Of a stretch of 64,000 nt of DNA, positions 1 to 9,426 are shown one piece after another. Both the position numbers and the translations under genes were made by a program. The notes under the pieces were generated by a model, which ran no database searches, was not told where the DNA came from, and saw only the letters and a program-made list of their open reading frames with translations. Each line of letters opens with the position of its first letter. Positions within the stretch are counted from its first letter, which is position 1. The DNA is from a virus: IMG/VR virus record IMGVR_UViG_3300020166_000747; one strand, written 5' to 3'.

Positions 1-2
1 GT

Positions 3-575
3 ATGGCAGGTGCCTTCGTTGAACCAATGGAAGCTAACTCGTTATACGTAGCACAGGCATCTATTCAACTTATTAATAGAATCATCAATCGTGCAAAAGA
101 AGAAGATCCAGTAATTACAAATTCACAAATTCATGCATTCAATAAGAATATGTGCAAACTAGAAGATGGCATAGCTGACTTTATTTCCTATCACTTTACA
201 CTTTCTGACCGTGAAGATTCTACATTTTGGAAAAAAGTTAAGCAGTACGGAATCGACCACAATCACAAAGAAGCAAATTGGGAACACTACCGTAGACCCG
301 TTAACTTCTTAGGCAACGGCGTATACCCGGACCAAATGTGGGCAATGCTTGGTGTATATATGGATAAGTTTGATGACAGTGTGGAACTACACACCAAACC
401 TGAACTAATGGAGATGGCAAAGATTAAATTTGATTACATTCATAAATCAAGTAAAGCTATTGGGAACTATGCGCCACACGCATATGATTGGCATCGTAAA
501 TTCTTATATGAAGGTAAATCATATGAAACTGTACTTGCAGAAGCATTAGCTAAAGCGAGTAGGAATTTATATTAA
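3..575 (+). CDS. Flavin-dependent (tryptophan halogenase family) protein, C-terminal part; 5' truncated by window edge
   Basis: GAFVEPMEANSL resembles the family F(I/V)EPLE(S/A) motif; FISYHF...REDSTFWK matches the family C-terminal region. Confidence 0.75.
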   Translation: MAGAFVEPMEANSLYVAQASIQLINRIINRAKEEDPVITNSQIHAFNKNMCKLEDGIADFISYHFTLSDREDSTFWKKVKQYGIDHNHKEANWEHYRRPVNFLGNGVYPDQMWAMLGVYMDKFDDSVELHTKPELMEMAKIKFDYIHKSSKAIGNYAPHAYDWHRKFLYEGKSYETVLAEALAKASRNLY

Positions 576-1171
576 TGATATTAGAAGAATTCGTAGGGGC
601 GAATGGGCTAGAATTTAGGATAGTTGAATGTGGTTCTTCTCATATGTCCGATATCAAAGAGTTTTGCAAAGCATGTAAAGACGATGGTTTCCAAAATAAT
701 TCTAGTTTATCTGCGTTAAAAATTGGTAAATGGGGTAGAGAAGAAAAATGGTGGGCAGTATACTTTAATGATAAGATCATTAGTTTAAGCGGCGCACATT
801 ACTTACCACATCTGCATAAGGATTGCTATGTAATTGCTTATAGACTCGCAACGTTAGATTCATTTAAAGGTATGGCAAATGATATCATGTCTAGTCGTAT
901 GTTAACATGTTTTGGTATGGGTAGGATGTTACCGCATATGGCTGATTGGTGCAAATTACGTGGTGCTAAATATATTGTTATGACTTTTAACTCACCCGAC
1001 AACGGATCAGATCCGAGTGGTACTATGCACAAAGCACACAGAGTTGCTCACATGGTACTACCGAAAGATAACAAATTTACATTACTGTATAGAGATATTC
1101 CACTATATGGTACCAAGCAAGATGTTTGGAAATTAAATTACCGAAACTTTATCACAATGGAAGAACTATGA
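575..1171 (+). CDS. Hypothetical protein, possible GNAT-fold acyltransferase
   Basis: 198-aa ORF coupled to neighbours (TAATG, ATGA); WAVYFNDKIISLSG...YRLATL...WCKLRGAKYIVMT is GNAT-like in pattern only. Confidence 0.4.
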   Translation: MILEEFVGANGLEFRIVECGSSHMSDIKEFCKACKDDGFQNNSSLSALKIGKWGREEKWWAVYFNDKIISLSGAHYLPHLHKDCYVIAYRLATLDSFKGMANDIMSSRMLTCFGMGRMLPHMADWCKLRGAKYIVMTFNSPDNGSDPSGTMHKAHRVAHMVLPKDNKFTLLYRDIPLYGTKQDVWKLNYRNFITMEEL

Positions 1172-2328
1172 CAATTTTTGTAGAAAACGTTTCTATGATT
1201 ACCCCATTTGGGCTTACAAATTCATCATGGGATAATATTTGTAACAATAATGTTGCATATAATACACTTACTAGATTTGATTCAAGTTCTAGTAGATACA
1301 TACGTTCTAAAGTGGCTGGTGAGGTTAACTTTAGTGCAGAAGAACACACGATTTTATCCGAAAATGATAAGGATAGATTACCAGAATATATGCAATGGGC
1401 ATTAGCGTTGACAGAGGAACTGATCGGCAATAGGGAATTGCCATTGGGACGTACTGCTGTATTAGTATCTCCGGGACTATCGATATATATCGAAAGTGTG
1501 GAAGCAAAAAATGCAAATAGAACGAATAGTTTTACTTTCTGTTCAAATATGACTGCACACAATATTAATATTAAATATGGATTTACTGGACCTAGTGCTA
1601 TGACCATGACTGCATGTAGTACCGGAATGTATAGTATTATTCTAGGGTGCATGTTATTAGAAACAGGACAAGCAGATTATGTTATTGCAGGCTCAGTAGA
1701 TAAAAGTGTTTCATTTGATTCCGTAATGCAAATGGGAAAATTAAGGGCATTGTCTACTCGGTACAATGATGCTCCGAAATTAGCAAGTAGACCATGGGAT
1801 ACAAAACGTGATGGACTTGTAATGTCCGAAGGCGGAGCATTGTTCTTATTAACAAATAAAAAAACAGAAAATACAATTTGCGAGATTGCAAGTTATGCAA
1901 TGAACAATGATGCGTATCAAGTTGTTGCGCCGCATCCCGAGGGTACATTAATTGAACGTTGTATGAGCGATGCCGTAATGAAAGCGGGACATGCACCTGA
2001 TTTAATTAACGCACATGCTACAAGTACACCTATGGGAGACTATATTGAAATTGATGCTATCAGACGCATTGGTTTAGGCGATATGCCAATAACTGCAAAC
2101 AAGTCACAGTTGGGTCATTCTATGGGTGCCGCAGGTGCAATAGAATGCGCACTTAGTGTACTTTCATTAAAAAATAATATAATCACACCATCGATAAATA
2201 TTGATAATATAGAAGACGGTTACGACATTAACTATTACAGCGAGTCTAAAACACAAGAAATAAACTCTGTAATGTGTAACAGTTTCGGCTTTGGTGGCAC
2301 AAACGCAAGTATAATCTTTAGAGAATAA
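1168..2328 (+). CDS. fabF: Beta-ketoacyl-ACP synthase II (FabF/FabB family)
   Basis: Intact Cys-His-His triad: TACSTG, NAHATST, KSQLGHSMGAAG; C-terminal NSFGFGGTN; start set at ATGA overlap 1168. Confidence 0.93.
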   Translation: MTIFVENVSMITPFGLTNSSWDNICNNNVAYNTLTRFDSSSSRYIRSKVAGEVNFSAEEHTILSENDKDRLPEYMQWALALTEELIGNRELPLGRTAVLVSPGLSIYIESVEAKNANRTNSFTFCSNMTAHNINIKYGFTGPSAMTMTACSTGMYSIILGCMLLETGQADYVIAGSVDKSVSFDSVMQMGKLRALSTRYNDAPKLASRPWDTKRDGLVMSEGGALFLLTNKKTENTICEIASYAMNNDAYQVVAPHPEGTLIERCMSDAVMKAGHAPDLINAHATSTPMGDYIEIDAIRRIGLGDMPITANKSQLGHSMGAAGAIECALSVLSLKNNIITPSINIDNIEDGYDINYYSESKTQEINSVMCNSFGFGGTNASIIFRE

Positions 2329-2329
2329 A

Positions 2330-2962
2330 ATGCATAACACACAAAAAATACTATTCTTTCATCATCTAGCGATTATTGCCGGTCTGTTATACTATGGTTT
2401 TAATATACAATATGCAGTTCTAATACTAATCGGCTGTATCTTGTGGGCATATATCGTAGGTCATAAGGGGCTACATATATATCTTGCACACCACGATTAC
2501 AAAGATAACATAAAAAGTTATCTATATACTATAGGTGCTTTGGTCACTGGTGTTGGCTCTCCATTAATGTTTGCTGCAACACACCGACAGCACCACAAAT
2601 TTCACGACACCGAAAAAGACCCACATTCTCCAGAACATATTGGCTGGTTAAATGTGTGGTTTATGAACTACAATTCTCAACACATATCTCCTAGACTAGT
2701 TAGAGATTATCTAAAATCAAACTTTCAAAAGTTTATGAATAGACACTGGATGAAATTGACAGTTGCTATGATTGTCGTTCTGGGACTAATAGACCCGAGA
2801 ATTGTTTGCTTCATTATATCACCTTTCAGCGTCTATACTTTCCATGGTTCATCTGCAATCAATGTATTCGGACATCTTAATGGTTCGCCTAGAAACTCAA
2901 AAGAAGTCCTATTTTGGAATCCATGGGACACAAAGCATAAGGAACACCACGAATGGAAATAA
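2330..2962 (+). CDS. Membrane fatty acid desaturase (delta-9-like)
   Basis: Three His boxes HIYLAH, HRQHH, HKEHH; DPHSP motif; hydrophobic segments. Confidence 0.88.
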   Translation: MHNTQKILFFHHLAIIAGLLYYGFNIQYAVLILIGCILWAYIVGHKGLHIYLAHHDYKDNIKSYLYTIGALVTGVGSPLMFAATHRQHHKFHDTEKDPHSPEHIGWLNVWFMNYNSQHISPRLVRDYLKSNFQKFMNRHWMKLTVAMIVVLGLIDPRIVCFIISPFSVYTFHGSSAINVFGHLNGSPRNSKEVLFWNPWDTKHKEHHEWK

Positions 2963-2993
2963 AAAATAACGTAACGGCCTCGAAAAAGGGCGT

Positions 2994-3392
2994 TTGAACT
3001 TTCAAGATTTATTCAGAAACAACCCTAAAATATGGATGCCAATAGCAGAACTGCTAGACAATGTTTTAACGGTAGGAATAAATGATAGATTTATACGTGC
3101 AGAACGTGAATACATTTTTGCATACTTTTCAAAAGAAAACATGTGCGTCTTTTGTTATGAACACCATATAGAATTTGCATATGATTTAGGTTACAATGAT
3201 AGCATTGTTATTGAAAACTTAACTGACAGAGACGCACTAGAAAATATATTTTGGATTAGAAATATTGCATTACTAGTGAACACTGCTATAAAAGAGTACG
3301 ACATAACACAAGTTAATCCCACAGATAAAAAACTAAAAGACACTACTATTAAAGAATATGGATATAACTTCAAAAAAAGCATAGGAAGATAA
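2994..3392 (+). CDS. AhpD/carboxymuconolactone decarboxylase-like protein (start uncertain)
   Basis: EREYIFAYFSKENMCVFCYEHH resembles the ERExI...SxxNxCxxCxxxH AhpD-like motif; only a TTG start in frame near the 5' end. Confidence 0.55.
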   Translation: MNFQDLFRNNPKIWMPIAELLDNVLTVGINDRFIRAEREYIFAYFSKENMCVFCYEHHIEFAYDLGYNDSIVIENLTDRDALENIFWIRNIALLVNTAIKEYDITQVNPTDKKLKDTTIKEYGYNFKKSIGR

Positions 3393-3437
3393 AAACAAAG
3401 CAAACCACGAAGATGCGAAATATTTTGCTAAAAAAAC

Positions 3438-3474
3438 TTGACAATATCCTCACATGTGTTATATTAATAGAGTA
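3438..3474 (+). promoter_or_regulatory. Sigma70-type early promoter (extended family)
   Basis: TTGACA 3438, 16-nt spacer, TG-T-TATATT followed by AATAGAGTA, shared with promoters at 33390 and 34077 (variant at 37869). Confidence 0.8.
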
Positions 3475-3496
3475 GTCAGAAAAGAGGACGAATCAT

Positions 3497-4834
3497 ATGC
3501 AAATCGAACCTAAGAAAATTATAACAGAAGACGATTTCAATGCAGTACTAGATGATCTGCTTAAAGAAAACGGCATCGAAGTTGACGAAAATTCAGAAGA
3601 ACCTGTAGTGTTTGAATACACTGATACAGAAGTCAAAGAAATGATTGTATCAGGTCGTGTACGCATGTTGATTAAGCATCCGTTTTTCGGTACTCTCGCT
3701 ACACGTTTGAAGCTAGTCGAAGCTGAGTGGTGTCCTACTGCGGCTGTTGACGGTAAACACTTCTACTACAACTGTGATTTCTTTCGTACACTGACTAGCG
3801 AAGAAATTGACTTTGTTGTAGGTCATGAAGTAATGCACTGTGTGTACGAACATTGTGGTGAGTCTGGACGTTTGATGGATTACAAAGATGAAAATCGTGA
3901 TCCTAAACTATGGAATATCGCAGCCGATTACAAAGTAAATCAAGCATGTGTAGAATCTAAAATCGGTGTTATGCCTAAAATGGCTCTTTATGATAGAAAG
4001 TATTACAAACAATACACTGAGGAAATCTATGCTGACCTACTTCAACAGAAGAAAGATGGCAAGGACTTCTCAAATACAAACACACTTGATGAACACTTGT
4101 TCGGCGATGGTGAAGGTTCAGGCAAAGATGGCGAAAATGATCCTACAGGTCGTAGCGCGCCTATCAAAGTTTCTAAAGAAGAAGCTAAAGCTATCAAAGA
4201 CCAGATGAAACAAGCTGTACTACAAGCTGCACAAGCGGCGGGGGCAGGCAATCTACCAGGTGATGTTAAACGTATCATCAAGGAAATGACAGAGCCAAAG
4301 ATGGACTGGCGTGAGCATTTGAACCTTGCAGTTCAATCATCACTAAAATCTGACTTTACATGGATGCGTCAATCACGTAAATCACGTTCACTAGGTATCT
4401 ATCTGCCTGGCACTGACAATGATTATCAAGTAGATGCCGCAATCGGTATTGATGTTTCAGGTTCTATCTCGCATCAAATGATTCAAGATTTTATGGGAGA
4501 AATCTCAGGCATCATGGATCAGTTTCAGGACTTTCGTTTGCGTGTATGGACATTTGATACACAAGTGTACGCAGACTCATACAAAGAATTCACACCGATG
4601 AATGCAGATGAAATCAAAGATTACGAAATCATCGGCTGTGGCGGTACTGATTTTGAATGTAACTTTAACTTCATGGAAGAGAACGATATTGTTCCTGACA
4701 AGTTCATCATGTTCACTGATGGTTACCCATTCGGTTCATGGGGAAATGAAGCATATTGTGATACGCTATTCGTTATTCACGGGTCAGATCATATCATCCC
4801 ACCATTTGGTGACCACACTTACTACTCTAACTAA
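3497..4834 (+). CDS. HExxH metallopeptidase-like plus vWA domain protein (DUF2201-type)
   Basis: TAAVDG, GHEVMHC, WNIAADY; vWA MIDAS DVSGS, GGTDF, FTDG; AGAGGA RBS. Confidence 0.85.
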   Translation: MQIEPKKIITEDDFNAVLDDLLKENGIEVDENSEEPVVFEYTDTEVKEMIVSGRVRMLIKHPFFGTLATRLKLVEAEWCPTAAVDGKHFYYNCDFFRTLTSEEIDFVVGHEVMHCVYEHCGESGRLMDYKDENRDPKLWNIAADYKVNQACVESKIGVMPKMALYDRKYYKQYTEEIYADLLQQKKDGKDFSNTNTLDEHLFGDGEGSGKDGENDPTGRSAPIKVSKEEAKAIKDQMKQAVLQAAQAAGAGNLPGDVKRIIKEMTEPKMDWREHLNLAVQSSLKSDFTWMRQSRKSRSLGIYLPGTDNDYQVDAAIGIDVSGSISHQMIQDFMGEISGIMDQFQDFRLRVWTFDTQVYADSYKEFTPMNADEIKDYEIIGCGGTDFECNFNFMEENDIVPDKFIMFTDGYPFGSWGNEAYCDTLFVIHGSDHIIPPFGDHTYYSN

Positions 4835-4837
4835 AAG

Positions 4838-4845
4838 CATAAATA
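4838..4845 (+). promoter_or_regulatory. T4-like late promoter box (CATAAATA)
   Basis: NATAAATA 5 nt upstream of ATG 4851, no SD. Confidence 0.55.
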
Positions 4846-4850
4846 TTATC

Positions 4851-5390
4851 ATGAGCGATACATTACTCTTGAATGCTGATGGCGCGCCACTAAGCATCAC
4901 TCCACTTTCAACACTCACGTGGCAAGAAAGCATTAAACTAATATGGTTGGATAAGATTAATGTACTCGAATGGCATAACGATTGGGAGGTACATTCTCCC
5001 AATCATACGTTGCTTGTACCAGCAGTTATATCAGTACGTGATTACGTTAAGAGTGCAGGTGATGTTAATTTCTCACGCAAGAATATCTTTATAAGAGATA
5101 ATCATAAATGCCAATATTGCTTACAAACATTCAAAACATCAGAACTTACCCTAGACCATGTCATTCCTAGATCCAGAGGCGGTAAGACAAGTTGGACAAA
5201 TATCGTAAGTGCATGTAAAAAATGCAATCATGCAAAAGCGAATAGAATGGATATTCGCCCAATAACAATGCCGAAACAACCCAATCTTTATCAGATGATA
5301 GGTAATAAGAATTTTACACTATCAATCAGACATGAAATCTGGCTCAAATACCTTAATTGGCCAGAAGAATTTGTTCGTAGAGTAGCATAA
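4851..5390 (+). CDS. HNH endonuclease (McrA-like)
   Basis: RDNHKCQYC, LTLDHVIPRSRGG, WTNIVSACKKCNHAK; N-terminal LLLNAD typical of this family; start reset to 4851. Confidence 0.9.
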   Translation: MSDTLLLNADGAPLSITPLSTLTWQESIKLIWLDKINVLEWHNDWEVHSPNHTLLVPAVISVRDYVKSAGDVNFSRKNIFIRDNHKCQYCLQTFKTSELTLDHVIPRSRGGKTSWTNIVSACKKCNHAKANRMDIRPITMPKQPNLYQMIGNKNFTLSIRHEIWLKYLNWPEEFVRRVA

Positions 5391-5403
5391 CAATAAAAAA
5401 GTG

Positions 5404-5432
5404 TTGACAATCACCAAATAATTTAGTATAAT
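5404..5432 (+). promoter_or_regulatory. Consensus sigma70 promoter
   Basis: TTGACA-17 nt-TATAAT perfect match in intergenic DNA. Confidence 0.85.
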
Positions 5433-5507
5433 AGTATTATGATTAGATATGTTCTATTCATATTATATATAATAATGAAATGACATCAACCTATAGGAGA
5501 ATATAAA

Positions 5508-5756
5508 ATGTCAGAAGAAACTCAAGTAGAAGCGCAGGCGGAAGCTCCAGCAGTAACAGTCAATGATTTGGCTAACGTATATGCAGTAATCGATCTTGCA
5601 TCAAAGCGTGGTGCATTCCAAGCTGGTGAACTTTCAGCAGTAGGCGCAGTTGCTAATAAAATCAAATCATTTATTGATTTTGTACAAGCAGCACAGGCAG
5701 AACAAGCAGAACAAGCAGAGGGCGAAGCACCAGCAGAAGCTCCTGCAGAAGGTTAA
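5508..5756 (+). CDS. Small acidic hypothetical phage protein
   Basis: AGGAGA RBS, clean 82-aa ORF (IDLASKRGAFQAGE core). Confidence 0.75.
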   Translation: MSEETQVEAQAEAPAVTVNDLANVYAVIDLASKRGAFQAGELSAVGAVANKIKSFIDFVQAAQAEQAEQAEGEAPAEAPAEG

Positions 5757-5759
5757 GAT

Positions 5760-6398
5760 ATGGCTTTTCTAAAACATGTCGGTAGACACGAAGGTACGGG
5801 ACAACGTTTAAGTGTTGTCTTCCTTCAGTTGCCAGACGATAAAGAAAATGCACTTGTTGTATACAGTGATTCATTACCGGATCGATATCATGACGATTAC
5901 ATGCAGGCGGTAGAATCACCAGAAGGACAACAATCAGCAAACTTGTATGAAGTTCTTGGACGTAAAGTATTTTGGCATGGTACTACTATGCTTGATACAT
6001 TGCACAAAGAAGGACACTTAGTGAAGATTCCAACAGGTTCAATTATTATGACACCTAATTCTAATACTAATGTTCCTCTAAATGATATTCTTGCACAAAT
6101 GGATAAAGATGAAATGGAAATCCCAGCAACGAATGATACAACGCAGACTCCTGCGGAATCTCAAGTTGATGCAAATGTAGCAGAATCACAACAAGACGAG
6201 AATAAAGCAATTGCTCAAAATCTCTTGATCCAAGCTAATCTTCTACAACAAGATGCCGAAGCGAAACGTCAGGAAGCATATAAGTATGATCCTACACTAG
6301 CACCAAAGACAGAAGCAAAGCCGAAAGTACGTGTTACTAAAGCTAAAACATCTGACGCACCAAAGAAACGTGGGCGTCCGAAGAAGTCTGAGGCATAA
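5760..6398 (+). CDS. Hypothetical phage protein with basic C-terminal KKRGRPKK tail
   Basis: 212-aa ORF in operon; AT-hook-like RGRP at C terminus. Confidence 0.75.
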   Translation: MAFLKHVGRHEGTGQRLSVVFLQLPDDKENALVVYSDSLPDRYHDDYMQAVESPEGQQSANLYEVLGRKVFWHGTTMLDTLHKEGHLVKIPTGSIIMTPNSNTNVPLNDILAQMDKDEMEIPATNDTTQTPAESQVDANVAESQQDENKAIAQNLLIQANLLQQDAEAKRQEAYKYDPTLAPKTEAKPKVRVTKAKTSDAPKKRGRPKKSEA

Positions 6399-6399
6399 T

Positions 6400-6672
6400 A
6401 TGTCAATCAAGCGTGGTAGCATTATAGACCGTATTAAGCAGGAACGTGAACGTCAAGTTGATATTCCTGGTAGCGAATTCGATGCAAACAACTCTCCGAA
6501 TGATTGGATTGCAATTGCAACTTATTATCTTGCGCAAGAGACTAGACGTGCTACTATGCTTGAAGCACCAAGTTCGGTAGAATTTGAAAAAGAACTTATC
6601 AAAGCTGCGGCAGTAATTGTCGCAGCTTTGGAACATACAGAACTAATGAAAGAAGAAGGTAAACTTTCATAA
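6400..6672 (+). CDS. Possible MazG-like nucleotide pyrophosphohydrolase
   Basis: ERERQ...W...EKELIKAAAVIVAALE resembles the ELxxxAAV helix of all-alpha MazG-like phage proteins; start reset to ATG 6400. Confidence 0.45.
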   Translation: MSIKRGSIIDRIKQERERQVDIPGSEFDANNSPNDWIAIATYYLAQETRRATMLEAPSSVEFEKELIKAAAVIVAALEHTELMKEEGKLS

Positions 6673-6989
6673 TGGATTTTGATAGAGACGGTGAATTTGA
6701 TAGGCTCATGGAAGAAATCTTCCCTATGAGTATACCAGCGCAATTTGTTAAGTCAATCATTGTTAAGATGAAAAATGGACAAGACATTGAACTAACTGGA
6801 GATGAACTACTACACCCATTGCCAATGGCAGAGAATATGGGGTGGGATAAACTAGCATCACATTTCGAACAAATAGATGATATTGAAGTACAAATCGATG
6901 TAGATGGCATCAAAGAAAGTGTTGTTATGAATGTACAGAATATTCTTTCAAACCACTTTAATGACGGATCGGGGGGAACAATTGATTAG
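6672..6989 (+). CDS. Hypothetical protein
   Basis: 105-aa acidic ORF, TAATG-coupled. Confidence 0.65.
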   Translation: MDFDRDGEFDRLMEEIFPMSIPAQFVKSIIVKMKNGQDIELTGDELLHPLPMAENMGWDKLASHFEQIDDIEVQIDVDGIKESVVMNVQNILSNHFNDGSGGTID

Positions 6990-7497
6990 TATGATTTTTG
7001 CCTGTGACAACGCAGGCGGCATTGGATATAAAAATGGTCTACCTTGGCCTCATATTTCAGAAGACTTGCAACATTTTAAACGTATAACTGAAAACAGTGT
7101 AGTAATTATGGGCAGTAACACTTGGGATAGTCTTGGCGGGTTAGCACCTCTCAGAGGCCGTACTAACTATGTTATTACTGTGAAAGGATTGTCAAATTTT
7201 GCAGGTGCCTTCGACTGCTACGATTATACACAGTATACAATGGAAAACATTATCACTGCCATTGATTTTAGGCATCCAGGTAAGGACACAATTATCATAG
7301 GCGGTAAGAAGATTTATGACGAAGCATATAAGTATTGTGATACAATATATATGACAAGAGTTATGGATACATATAAGTGTGATACAGTGGTAGATACTGA
7401 TATGTATCTAGATGGGTTCGAATGTCGCTCTACACGTAGAGTAGCAGGCGACCAGCATAAACCGTCTGTTTCAATTGAACGTTGGGAAAGAGCATGA
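6982..7497 (+). CDS. folA: Dihydrofolate reductase
   Basis: IG...GLPWPH..EDLQHFK, IMGSNTWDS, PLRGRTNYV, IIGGKKIY, CDT; start TTG 6982 or ATG 6991. Confidence 0.93.
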   Translation: MISMIFACDNAGGIGYKNGLPWPHISEDLQHFKRITENSVVIMGSNTWDSLGGLAPLRGRTNYVITVKGLSNFAGAFDCYDYTQYTMENIITAIDFRHPGKDTIIIGGKKIYDEAYKYCDTIYMTRVMDTYKCDTVVDTDMYLDGFECRSTRRVAGDQHKPSVSIERWERA

Positions 7498-8369
7498 GTA
7501 GTAATAACTGGAATGAAGATATGTACTTGGACCTTTTGCATACTGTATTACATACAGGTGAGCAAAGAGGACAAGAACGCACTGGTGTCGGTACGCGGGC
7601 ACGATTTATGTCATGGTTAGACTTTGACTTACGCAATGGATTCCCACTGCTAACAACTAAGAAAGTAGCTTTTAAAAGTGTACTAAGTGAATTACTTTGG
7701 TTCATTGAGGGTTCACAAAATGAACGTAGACTTGCTGAAATTCATTACGGCAAACCACGTACCGAACTCAGAGGTAAAACTACTATCTGGACAGCAAATG
7801 CTGACAATCAAGGAAAAGCCCTTGGTCATTACAATAGTGAAGACAATAAGGACTTAGGTCCAGTATACGGTGTACAATGGCGTAACTGGAATGGTGTAGA
7901 CCAACTTGCTAATGTAATTGAAGGTATTAAAAATGACCCACAGGGACGTAGGCATATTTTAAGTGCGTGGAATGTCTCTGACTTAGACAAGATGGCTCTG
8001 CCGCCATGTCACACATTCTCACAATTCTATGTAAACAATGAGAATGAACTTAATTGCAATCTATATCAGCGTAGTGCAGATTTGTTCTTGGGAGTACCGT
8101 TTAACATTGCAAGCTATGCTCTACTAACACATATGATTGCACATGTATGCGGACTTAAAGTTGGAGATTACTACCACACTATTGGTGATGGTCATATCTA
8201 CAATAATCACGTAGATGCAGTTAACACGCAATTAGAAAGAGAAGCAAAGCCGTTTCCCAAACTAAAGATTATCGGTGAACATAAGTCTATCGATGATTTT
8301 ACTATGGACAGTTTTGAAATTGTAGGTTACGACCCTGAACCGTTTATTAAAGCACCAATGGCAGTTTAG
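7494..8369 (+). CDS. thyA: Thymidylate synthase (ThyA)
   Basis: RTGVGT, FPLLTTKK, GPVYGVQWR, MALPPCH, QRSADLFLGVPFNIASY; uninterrupted. Confidence 0.97.
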   Translation: MSSNNWNEDMYLDLLHTVLHTGEQRGQERTGVGTRARFMSWLDFDLRNGFPLLTTKKVAFKSVLSELLWFIEGSQNERRLAEIHYGKPRTELRGKTTIWTANADNQGKALGHYNSEDNKDLGPVYGVQWRNWNGVDQLANVIEGIKNDPQGRRHILSAWNVSDLDKMALPPCHTFSQFYVNNENELNCNLYQRSADLFLGVPFNIASYALLTHMIAHVCGLKVGDYYHTIGDGHIYNNHVDAVNTQLEREAKPFPKLKIIGEHKSIDDFTMDSFEIVGYDPEPFIKAPMAV

Positions 8370-8370
8370 A

Positions 8371-9426
8371 TTATTCTACTGTACTTAGGCCGTCTATAAC
8401 ATCTCCATCGATGACCATATCAACCGGATGTTTTTCTCCATAGAATTCATTTTGTTCCCAGCATTGGTCTTCTTCATTCCAATCAAACCAAGGGCTAACT
8501 GCTAATACATAGTTAGTCCTTTTATGCCCTGGCATCGGCTTTGCTACATATGGCCTGTGTGTTACATATGTATCCCATACATACCAATTTCCGGGAGTAA
8601 ACGATTTTGTTCCGTAATCTTCTATTTCGATACCATATGCATTCTCTGGATTATCAAGTGCTAGGTTTATACGAAGTTCGTAAAACCAGCTTTCATCTCT
8701 ATGCCATAAGTATTTGTTTGCATTCTCTTGCGTTGCTTTATCGTCAATGCCTTTAATTTGAGCAATACGACTACGCACGGGAGAAGACTTAATCCTATCT
8801 CTGAGAGTGCCCAGATATCCATGCCCAGAACATTCACTCCAATTCCTAAACCCCCATGTGTCTGGGTACGTATCTTTGTTGATACGTTCGCCTACATCTT
8901 TTCTATCTTCATACGTATCTAAAAGTTCACTTAGCATCTTATCATCAATTATACCATGTTGATGTAAGTACTTAAAGCCGTGATGCATACCAAACTCTTG
9001 AGTTTCGCTCCACAGGTCTTTATCTAAACGTTTTTCCATGATTTTTTCAAATAGTGAAAAGTTCTTCATAAACAGTTCGTCTGGGATATTATTTCTAGGA
9101 TATCCTAATGTCTGTGCGTTCGATGGAATGTTGCCATATCTATATGTAGGATTAGTTACTAAACTTAATCCGCCATAATTAGAACTTCTAGCAAACTTTC
9201 CTTGATATATATTTAAAAACCCATACCAACCATACTTAACGAATGCATCTTCAATGCTATCTTTTAGTGCATCTATGTCTAACTGTGAATCTTTAAATTC
9301 AAACAGAACACCTTCTTTACTCGGTTTCATTGTTTTTGCATACTTGTCAGTGTCTAGTGTTTCTGCAATCCAAGCATGTACGGCTTTTCTGTCTGGGCAA
9401 TCTTTTATATAAAATCTTTTCTTCAT
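8371..9426 (-). CDS. Putative 2OG-Fe(II)/Asp-Asn beta-hydroxylase-like oxygenase
   Basis: RSRIA...WHRDE...RINLAL...WDTYVTHR: HxD...H facial triad in C-terminal cupin-like region. Confidence 0.55.
   Translation of the reverse strand: MKKRFYIKDCPDRKAVHAWIAETLDTDKYAKTMKPSKEGVLFEFKDSQLDIDALKDSIEDAFVKYGWYGFLNIYQGKFARSSNYGGLSLVTNPTYRYGNIPSNAQTLGYPRNNIPDELFMKNFSLFEKIMEKRLDKDLWSETQEFGMHHGFKYLHQHGIIDDKMLSELLDTYEDRKDVGERINKDTYPDTWGFRNWSECSGHGYLGTLRDRIKSSPVRSRIAQIKGIDDKATQENANKYLWHRDESWFYELRINLALDNPENAYGIEIEDYGTKSFTPGNWYVWDTYVTHRPYVAKPMPGHKRTNYVLAVSPWFDWNEEDQCWEQNEFYGEKHPVDMVIDGDVIDGLSTVE

Noticed and set aside
4851-8369. Mobile intron or homing endonuclease associated with thyA
   Set aside because: thyA is uninterrupted; the HNH is a free-standing McrA-like gene 2 kb away with no intron features
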